A stretch of 32,000 nucleotides of DNA. Source: Candidatus Lokiarchaeum ossiferum. Its GTDB lineage: Archaea; Asgardarchaeota; Lokiarchaeia; Sigyniarchaeales; Promethearchaeaceae. The stretch covers positions 1,320,001-1,352,000 of the forward strand of contig CP104013.1 in the NCBI GenBank assembly GCA_025839675.1, read 5' to 3'. The notes beneath the pieces were generated by a model. That model did not search any database and was not told the DNA's origin. It worked only from the letters and a program-made list of their open reading frames with translations. Position 1 is the first letter of the stretch, and every line of letters starts with the position of its first letter. The translations under genes and the position numbers were made by a program. Shown piece by piece: positions 9,918 to 17,147 of this stretch.

Positions 9918-11078
9918 CTAAGTCTCTAACTCATTATTTAAGAATTCTAAAGATGAACTTAAAAATTCCTTAAGATTTAGGAATTGAGTAATAATTTTTA
10001 CCATACGATTGTACCCACTTCTTGCTTGCAATTGAGGTGCTCTCTCACTTAGTTCTTTCAACCAGTCTTCCATGGTCGGTATCCATTTAAAATAACTCTG
10101 GATTGATTCACGTAGAAAATAGAAATGAGAATAGGAAACTGATTCCATTTGATAATAGTATCTTCTTTCATTTGGCTTTTTAAATCGAGAAATTACACCC
10201 AATTCAAGAAGGTAATTTAATCCAAGAGAGATCGCCCCAGCGGACATCCCAGTAAAAATTTTGGAATCATGATTTACTGATTCAAAGTGCAATGTAATTT
10301 CCCTTAATGATTCTTGGGTAAGTTCTTCATACAAGATGAAAAAAATGAATAATACCCTATAGTCAGATTTCAAATTCATATATTGCAAAGAATTAGCAAG
10401 ATATTGAATAATTTCAGAAATAAAGGTGCAAAAATCACCACTGAAATGAATATTTTTCCTTTTTTGTTGCTGAACTTTTTTTGGTTTAGAAACAGGAAGT
10501 TTCAGGAGAGCACTGATATTTTTTACATCCTGTTTATGACAATCAATCAGTTTTTCTAATCGGGAGAAAGCAAAGGAAGGATTTGGTCTATATGAGGACA
10601 ATTTTGTCTTTGAAAATGGTGAAATCTCCATAGTTTGAAAACATTCAATTTTTTCTGAAAGGAATGAAATGGTATGACGAGAATTGATTACTGCTAGTTG
10701 AAAGGAGTTAAGTACTAACTTCTCAACATCAGAATTAATCTGATAAATAAATTTGTTTTTTGCACCAAGGACTTTTGAGCAAGTGATCCCAATCTTTCTT
10801 TCTACTAATTCACTAAGAATTTTTGATATTAGACCACTTGAAATCCCTTTTTTTTTATGATTCTCAAAGTAGAGATTGGAAAGGGTTTTAAAATCAGATT
10901 GAGTGAGAGATTCGTGAATTAATAAGTAGGCCAAGATATGGGATAAAACGGAGCTTCTACCTCTTACAATACCCGTATCAACGTAACAATCAATGAATTT
11001 TCGTTCGAATAATCGAATTTCGGGATCAAACACAATATTATCTCGAATTTCAGTAGTTTTTTGGTTTTCTTCTTTCAA
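9918..11078 (-). CDS. Tandem (double) winged-helix-turn-helix protein, GbsR/MarR-like modules; putative transcription regulator
   Basis: Two internal wHTH-like modules are present. The first is SVLSHILAYLLIHESLTQSDF...GISSGLISKILSELVERKIG...FIYQI. The second is YRVLFIFFILYEELTQESL...GMSAGAISLGLNYLLELGVISRF...RRYYYQM. The only possible in-frame start is TTG at 11078, because a stop lies 5 codons upstream and there is no in-frame ATG before about residue 148. Confidence 0.7.
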   Translation of the reverse strand: MKEENQKTTEIRDNIVFDPEIRLFERKFIDCYVDTGIVRGRSSVLSHILAYLLIHESLTQSDFKTLSNLYFENHKKKGISSGLISKILSELVERKIGITCSKVLGAKNKFIYQINSDVEKLVLNSFQLAVINSRHTISFLSEKIECFQTMEISPFSKTKLSSYRPNPSFAFSRLEKLIDCHKQDVKNISALLKLPVSKPKKVQQQKRKNIHFSGDFCTFISEIIQYLANSLQYMNLKSDYRVLFIFFILYEELTQESLREITLHFESVNHDSKIFTGMSAGAISLGLNYLLELGVISRFKKPNERRYYYQMESVSYSHFYFLRESIQSYFKWIPTMEDWLKELSERAPQLQARSGYNRMVKIITQFLNLKEFLSSSLEFLNNELET

Positions 11079-11188
11079 TTTGGAAAATCTCCATTAATTG
11101 GTTGACATAAACAGGTGGTGCAATTCTTGTATTGTTTTATACACTATATTCTTAATTTAATTAACTATTTGAGACATATAAAAGTTTG

Positions 11189-11210
11189 CAATTTTCATGA
11201 AATATGAAAG
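11189..11210. promoter_or_regulatory. Operator-like repeat copy A (CAATTTTCATGAAATATGAAAG) containing inverted half-sites TTCAT-N5-ATGAA
   Basis: It lies in the 224-bp divergent intergenic region between the tandem-wHTH gene and the acyltransferase gene. The 15-mer TTCATGAAATATGAA at 11194-11208 is repeated exactly at 11254-11268. Confidence 0.45.
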
Positions 11211-11248
11211 TTTATAATAACTATTTTCTATAGATACTAGAATACATT

Positions 11249-11270
11249 CAATATTCATGAAATATGAATG
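11249..11270. promoter_or_regulatory. Operator-like repeat copy B (CAATATTCATGAAATATGAATG), abutting TATA-like sequence of the 11303 gene
   Basis: It is exactly 60 bp from copy A and matches it at 20 of 22 positions by manual alignment. It is followed by TATAGTAATCTTATAAATAG (11270-11290), 13-33 nt upstream of ATG 11303. Confidence 0.45.
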
Positions 11271-11302
11271 TATAGTAATCTTATAAATAGAGTAGATTAT
11301 CA

Positions 11303-12706
11303 ATGATTGAAAATAAAAAAAACTATGAGTATACACGGGAACTTTTCATGAGGGAACGTGCGTATTATCGGATTCCAGGGGTGAATGTATTTTTTCACCT
11401 CAAAATTAGAGGACAAATTCAAGAAAATCAAATGAAACTAGGAATTAAAGCGGTGCAAGCGAGACATGTTTTACTTCGCTGCAAAATTATAGAAGACGAA
11501 CAATTTAACCCTTATTTTACTACAGAATCATGTGGAGAAATTGAATTAAAAAGTATTATTCTTAAGGAATCCAATGATTGGTTCGGAATTATGGCAAAAG
11601 AGTCAATAACTCCGTTTGAATTCGATAAACGACCGCTAATTCGCTTTATTCTTGGAACAAAAAAAGATATTTCTAATGAAACAGAAATTTTGATAGTTTG
11701 TCACCACTGCATTTGTGATGGTCTCTCATTAGGATTTCTCACACGGGATCTAATGCAAAGTTTGGCAATTCCACCACATCCTCTTGAAATTCTCGCACCT
11801 CCTGCGGGAATCAACATTCATAGTATTCCTGAAGAGATTAAACCTCAACGACTACTCGCTTTACTTATCAAAAAAATGAATAAAAAATGGCAAACACAAC
11901 GAATCCAGTTTGATCAGGAAGATTTTAGAAACTTATTTGATGGTTTCGCAAGGAAATACAACCCTTCCATAATTTATTGCCAGGTTCCAAAAGATATTAC
12001 AAAAAAAATAATAAGACGTAGCAAGAAAGAAGGTATTACTATCAATACGGTCATCCTTACAGCAATACAATTTGCTTCATCACAAATTCAGAGAGAACGA
12101 AAAAAATCTCTTAGAGAAGTCACGATGGCAGTAGGAGGGCGACACATTCTTCAAGGAAACTTGAAAGAAACATTTGGATTTCATGCGATAAGTCTGAAAG
12201 CAAAATTTCGTTATGAAAATAAAAAAGATTTCTGGGATAATGCTCGAATTTTCCATCGGATTCTACAAAAAAAATATGATCCCCAAAATTTACTCTCTGT
12301 TATGAAAACTAGCATTAAGATTAACCCAGAGATAGCTGATGCCATGCCCTATAAAATTCTTAGTTCAACGGTCCCTTCTGGATATTCCCGCTATGAAAAA
12401 TTATCCAGTTTTGGTAAACGAAAAGATTTGTTTTCAAAATTCATTAAAAAATCAATTACAAAGTCTCTGGGTGCTCACTTGATTCTTACTAATATTGGAA
12501 ATTTGGATTTTCAAGTTCATTATGGAGATTTAGAGCTTGAAGAGATCTCTTTTATACCTCCACCCAGTGATGCATTTGAAAAAATTCTTGGTGTGGTAAC
12601 CTTCAATGGAAAGATGAATCTTTGTTTACGATTTTCAGAATCCAATGTAAACCGAAGTATCATAAAAGATATCCTGAATCTCGCAGTAGTAAAATTAGCG
12701 GAATAG
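11303..12706 (+). CDS. Stand-alone condensation-domain-like / CoA-dependent acyltransferase superfamily protein (HHxxxDG motif)
   Basis: 467 aa. The segment ILIVCHHCICDGLSLGFLTRDL matches the HHxxxDG catalytic motif shared by NRPS C domains, PapA5 and WS/DGAT-type acyltransferases. The size fits a single two-lobed C-type domain. Confidence 0.75.
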   Translation: MIENKKNYEYTRELFMRERAYYRIPGVNVFFHLKIRGQIQENQMKLGIKAVQARHVLLRCKIIEDEQFNPYFTTESCGEIELKSIILKESNDWFGIMAKESITPFEFDKRPLIRFILGTKKDISNETEILIVCHHCICDGLSLGFLTRDLMQSLAIPPHPLEILAPPAGINIHSIPEEIKPQRLLALLIKKMNKKWQTQRIQFDQEDFRNLFDGFARKYNPSIIYCQVPKDITKKIIRRSKKEGITINTVILTAIQFASSQIQRERKKSLREVTMAVGGRHILQGNLKETFGFHAISLKAKFRYENKKDFWDNARIFHRILQKKYDPQNLLSVMKTSIKINPEIADAMPYKILSSTVPSGYSRYEKLSSFGKRKDLFSKFIKKSITKSLGAHLILTNIGNLDFQVHYGDLELEEISFIPPPSDAFEKILGVVTFNGKMNLCLRFSESNVNRSIIKDILNLAVVKLAE

Positions 12707-12711
12707 ATAAC

Positions 12712-12731
12712 TTTTTTTAGATTTTTCTTTT
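12712..12731 (+). terminator. Oligo-T tracts (T7, T5, T4) just after the acyltransferase stop codon
   Basis: CTTTTTTTAGATTTTTCTTTT begins 5 nt after TAG 12704-12706. Confidence 0.4.
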
Positions 12732-12756
12732 ATTCTATCACGTCTGTTCTATTTAA

Positions 12757-12999
12757 CTACCGTATTACATCTTCTAGGAATAAAAGTCGCAAAAGTTGTC
12801 CCTTCAGTCAAAAAAATGCATCCAATCAACCTAAATTGAATTGGTGAAACTTGGGGGATGTTTAGATCCACCTTCACTATGAAATCTAACTGCAAATTGA
12901 TATTATATAGTCAAAAATAAGATCTTGAAACCCAACCGTTTTGAAATTTTATTCTTGCTTCAAAATTATTTGATATACTCGTTTTACTTAATACGGTAG
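12757..12999. repeat. 243-bp non-coding segment bounded by perfect 11-bp inverted repeats (CTACCGTATTA ... TAATACGGTAG); possible MITE-like relic
   Basis: The arms at 12757-12767 and 12989-12999 are exact reverse complements. No ORF lies inside. I could not identify a target-site duplication. Confidence 0.25.
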
Positions 13000-13042
13000 A
13001 ACGAATAACAATAATTTGTAGATTCTTTGAGGACAAATCAGT

Positions 13043-13246
13043 TTAACGATTCTCATCATGGGCATTGGGATAAATAAATTGGAGAAAATTCCGAATTAAC
13101 AAATATGCAAGGTGATCCAATTCTTCTGGGAAAGTTTCAATTTCTTCTAAAAGACGAGATTTTAATTCACTATCTTGAGGTAAGTCGAGAAATTCATCAG
13201 CCCATTGACCAATATTGTGAGCTTGAAGTTCCAAATAAACCTTCAA
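13043..13246 (-). CDS. Doubtful small acidic ORF (67 aa) downstream of the MFS gene
   Basis: It is co-directional with the MFS gene and starts 46 nt after it. There is no ATG: the only start is TTG, immediately after an in-frame TGA. The product is rich in D/E. No motif recognised. Confidence 0.2.
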   Translation of the reverse strand: MKVYLELQAHNIGQWADEFLDLPQDSELKSRLLEEIETFPEELDHLAYLLIRNFLQFIYPNAHDENR

Positions 13247-13291
13247 ATGCCAGAAAAGTCAAATCCCTCGATAAAAATTAGGGAGATCGGT

Positions 13292-14578
13292 TCAAGATCT
13301 GGAATCAAAAACATGAGTCAATAAAAGAAGGATACAAAATACTACAGAAGTCCAACCAATGAGAAAGTAAGAATGAAGAACTCCAATATACTCGATTTCA
13401 AGGTAAAAAGTGGTAATCAAAGGAGCCAAAATTTTTGCAAGATATTGAGCATTCACCCCCCATCCATTAAGGGTACCTTGTTTTGCAGGAGGAAATTTTT
13501 TTGCTAGATTTAGGGCAATGATCGGCTTGATGCTCAATAGAAAAATAATCTGGATCCCCATAAACACAAACATAATCCAAAATTGATTTAAGAATGGAAA
13601 TAGGAAAAATAACAAAACCATTCCTAAATTAGCGAAGAGAAACACCTTTTTTTCCCCGATTTTGCGAAGCAACGGCTTAAAAATCACGCCAGTGAACACC
13701 AACATTTCGATCCCGACTAAAAGATACAAAAAACCGATTTCCTCCGCCCCAACACTAAAACGAAGGTCCAAATATATCGGTAAAGACGAATTAATTGTTG
13801 AAAAAGCCAAATTCACCAAAAAAATCTGCAAAAGGATGAGGAAGGTTTGAATGCTTAGCTTTGATTTTTCGGGATACTTGTTATTTTCGGGGTGGGAAAG
13901 ATGCCCAGCATAAGAAGGAGATAAGGTTTTTTCCCTGAAAGGACGAGTATCAGGCAAAAATTTAAAAGTTAGAATAATGGAGCAAGCCCCCAAAAGGGCT
14001 GCCAAGAGACATGGAACCATCCAATTAATCGAACCAAGAAAACCACCCAAAGCAGGTCCAACAATGATTCCCAGAGACACCCCAAAAAATAATTGTCCCA
14101 TTTTTTGACGCCGTTCTTCGGGGGTGGTGACATCAGCAAATAAGGCTTTAACAATTGGAGCTTGCCCTCCAAAGATACCATCCAAGATACGACTTATAAA
14201 CAACATTGAAATATTCGTCGATACTGCAAGTAAGGCAAAAGATATCACTGTCCCAACTTGGGATAAAAGTAACGGTTTAATTCGCCCACTCTTATCACTC
14301 CATTTTCCCCACAGCGGAGAAAAAATCATCGTCGTAACTGCATTCATGGAAATAATAAGACCTATGGTGAAGGGGGATGCCCCCAGATGTGTGGCAAAAC
14401 TTGGTAATAAGGGTAAAACCATGGAATATCCGGCTGTATCCACAAATAAACACAAGGATAAAGTAAAAAGAGCCCATTTTTGATTCATCAAAGAGGGAGA
14501 AAGGGGAATTTTTGAGATGTTTGATCTAATCCGATCAAAAATCCCTTGGTTTTGGGAAAACTGATCTATTTTTTTCAT
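13292..14578 (-). CDS. MFS transporter (MFS_1, drug/H+ antiporter-like)
   Basis: The motif A loop is GKWSDKSGRIKPLLLSQ, with about 12 helices. The tracked start at 14623 is TTG and overlaps the upstream stop. The first ATG (MKKIDQF...) at 14578 leaves a 41-nt gap after the upstream gene. Confidence 0.9.
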   Translation of the reverse strand: MKKIDQFSQNQGIFDRIRSNISKIPLSPSLMNQKWALFTLSLCLFVDTAGYSMVLPLLPSFATHLGASPFTIGLIISMNAVTTMIFSPLWGKWSDKSGRIKPLLLSQVGTVISFALLAVSTNISMLFISRILDGIFGGQAPIVKALFADVTTPEERRQKMGQLFFGVSLGIIVGPALGGFLGSINWMVPCLLAALLGACSIILTFKFLPDTRPFREKTLSPSYAGHLSHPENNKYPEKSKLSIQTFLILLQIFLVNLAFSTINSSLPIYLDLRFSVGAEEIGFLYLLVGIEMLVFTGVIFKPLLRKIGEKKVFLFANLGMVLLFFLFPFLNQFWIMFVFMGIQIIFLLSIKPIIALNLAKKFPPAKQGTLNGWGVNAQYLAKILAPLITTFYLEIEYIGVLHSYFLIGWTSVVFCILLLLTHVFDSRS

Positions 14579-14619
14579 CTGATTCCATCCAGTCCGGAAT
14601 TTTAAGTAAATAAAAAAAA

Positions 14620-17031
14620 TCAAGCGCGTGCGATAATCTCCACAATCCCCAAGGTGCCGTTTACCTTGACAAAATCACCTGTATTTAATTCTATTGTTGC
14701 ATCATTCGTCCCGACAACAGCAGGAATCCCCAGTTCACGAGCTACAATAGAAGCATGGGAGAGAGGTGCACCGATATCAGTTATGATTGCGGCTGCACGG
14801 GGAAAAAGCAAAGTCCATCCAATATTGGTCGATTTTGCGACAAGAATTTCTCCAGGTTGGAAAGTATCACCTTCTTCCACACCGTTCAAGACTCGAACAC
14901 GCCCTTCTCCCACACCCGATGACCCAGAAAAACCAGTTAGGTGAGATCTTTTACTCATATATTCGACACCGTTTGAGATGGATCCAATTTCATCTTCGTC
15001 TGAATAGAAATCAGTTCTTCGTTGTGGATTGCTGTGCCATGCTTCAGGATCGAATTTTCCACAAATATACACCGGATAGGGATGAAGAGCATTATACTTG
15101 GCATGAGTTTTTTTTCGGGCAGGTATATACTGGAGCGAACTCTCATTGCCAGAAAGGATCTCAAGCATTTCATCAATCGTGAGGTAGAACAGATCTTCTC
15201 CCAATCCTGTAATTTCGCCAACTTTCAGTGCAAATTTTCGAAGAACAAATCCAAAACGAACCGATTCAGATCGCATTTTTTCGCGCATTCTACTATTGCT
15301 AGCAATTTGGAGGAGATCTTTATGCATTTTTTTTGCTATTTTAGGAAATTCGGTTTGAAATTGCTTTAAAACAGATTGATATCTTTGTTTTTGATCTTCC
15401 ATCATTTTTTCTACATCTATGTTGGATCTCTTAAATTCGGCAAGTTGCTTGTCTAACCACTTAGGATCTTCAATGGGCCGAGGAGTTGAAATATCACCTT
15501 CATGAGCACTTCGATGTCCATAGTTATACAAATATTCTTGACGAGACAACGTCCCCTTGATTACACGCGATAGTCCAACTATAGGACCCATGCTATCTAG
15601 CAATTCGGTATCACTACTGAGGTTGGATATTAAAATCGTGGCGTTTTCCTCCCCCACAATTTTTTTCAGTTTGGTCCGCAGTTTAGAAGTATGTTCCATG
15701 CTTTTTGAGGACGGTCCAAGCATCATCCATCGTATCTTTAGAGCCCAAGGGAAAAATTCTTCCAACCAAAAATCCTTTAATTTGTCTTTTGTGTCTAGTT
15801 GGGGTATTTTCTCAAAGAATCCTGCACAAATTTTTGGTACTAAAGGAAAATTTATAGAATAGTTTTTGGTAGCCTTCGCTTTATTTTTTTTGATAGATTT
15901 CGCATTTTTTGCGAGCATTTTAATTAGGGTAAGTTTAGAATAGGGGAGCGTGGGCATAGACATTCCCTTCGGTACCTTTCCGAGCATTTCGGAAAATTCT
16001 TCTGCTGCTTTCTCAGGATCTTTTCCCATGATCTTAAACATTGTCAACATATAACTAATATTGAAATACAATCGTCCACAAATATTTCCAATGGGAGCAA
16101 TTCCGGGAATAATTCGGACCAAGTCGATAAATGATTTTTGCATGTAAGACCATGAAAAGGGAAGGACTATATCTTCCATGCCTTCTCCAGTATTATTGGA
16201 AGTCCACAAATATCTAGCCCCCATCGAGTCATTCCACTCCCCAGTTATTGGATTATAAGATTTTAAAGTGGAAATTGGACGAGATTGGAGGATAAAAAGC
16301 GAATTATTTGCCACTGCCCATTCAATATCCTGGGGAAAAGCTAATTGAAGTTCAATTTTCACCGCCAGTTTAAATAGTTTTTTGCCCATTTTGGCCATTT
16401 CAGCAGGACCTTTGTACTCACCCTTAGGTTTTGTTAGATGAAAAACATCAGGATTCACATCACCAGAGACCAATTTCTCCCCCAACCCGCGAGTATAATT
16501 ACCCACCATCAAGGAGCGATCTGCAGAAATGGGATCAGCAGTAAATAAAACCCCTGAAACTTCAGCAGGAACCATCTTTTGAATCACCACCGCAATTTGG
16601 TGTTCTTTATCAATTCCCTTTTCTCTACTATAAGTTTGCACCCTTGCACTTAATCGTGAAGTGAATACAACCCCAATGGCATCCCATATTTCTGTAAGTG
16701 ATTCCACGTTTAACACAGTTTCAAACTCACCCGCAAAGGAAGCCAAATCCGAATCTTCACTCAGGGCAGAAGATCGTACTGCGAAGTTGCTTACACCTTT
16801 CAATTTTTTAAAATGTTTGAGTTTAATTTTTACTTCTTCCCAAGCGTCAGGTCTCAATCCATCGGAATTAAAGCTTTCAGGAAAGACGATAAGACCTGGA
16901 GGCACAGGATACTTTAATTGATATAACTTTGCTAACATACCGCCTTTTCCCCCAGCGGAAATAAAATCTTGCTCGGATAACTCACTAAATTCTTTACAGA
17001 ATGATACCATTTTCTTCAAATTATTTACCAT
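14620..17031 (-). CDS. PEP-utilising enzyme family protein with N-terminal PPDK_N ATP-grasp and C-terminal phosphohistidine swivel domain; rifampicin-phosphotransferase / YvkC-like architecture
   Basis: The N-terminus is SAGGKGGMLAKLYQLKYPVPPGLIV (PEP/pyruvate-binding ATP-grasp type). The C-terminus is GEILVAKSTNIGWTLLFPRAAAIITDIGAPLSHASIVARELGIPAVVG (mobile His domain). About 400 aa of unassigned middle region lie between them. There is no C-terminal TIM-barrel PEP/pyruvate domain. Confidence 0.9.
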   Translation of the reverse strand: MVNNLKKMVSFCKEFSELSEQDFISAGGKGGMLAKLYQLKYPVPPGLIVFPESFNSDGLRPDAWEEVKIKLKHFKKLKGVSNFAVRSSALSEDSDLASFAGEFETVLNVESLTEIWDAIGVVFTSRLSARVQTYSREKGIDKEHQIAVVIQKMVPAEVSGVLFTADPISADRSLMVGNYTRGLGEKLVSGDVNPDVFHLTKPKGEYKGPAEMAKMGKKLFKLAVKIELQLAFPQDIEWAVANNSLFILQSRPISTLKSYNPITGEWNDSMGARYLWTSNNTGEGMEDIVLPFSWSYMQKSFIDLVRIIPGIAPIGNICGRLYFNISYMLTMFKIMGKDPEKAAEEFSEMLGKVPKGMSMPTLPYSKLTLIKMLAKNAKSIKKNKAKATKNYSINFPLVPKICAGFFEKIPQLDTKDKLKDFWLEEFFPWALKIRWMMLGPSSKSMEHTSKLRTKLKKIVGEENATILISNLSSDTELLDSMGPIVGLSRVIKGTLSRQEYLYNYGHRSAHEGDISTPRPIEDPKWLDKQLAEFKRSNIDVEKMMEDQKQRYQSVLKQFQTEFPKIAKKMHKDLLQIASNSRMREKMRSESVRFGFVLRKFALKVGEITGLGEDLFYLTIDEMLEILSGNESSLQYIPARKKTHAKYNALHPYPVYICGKFDPEAWHSNPQRRTDFYSDEDEIGSISNGVEYMSKRSHLTGFSGSSGVGEGRVRVLNGVEEGDTFQPGEILVAKSTNIGWTLLFPRAAAIITDIGAPLSHASIVARELGIPAVVGTNDATIELNTGDFVKVNGTLGIVEIIARA

Positions 17032-17147
17032 ATTTTTTACCTTCTCTGATCGATAAAAATATTGTGATTTTTCAAATTTTATAAATTTATGAAATTCAAC
17101 ACATCTAAGAAAATACCCATATTTAAAGTTTCACATAATTATAAAAT

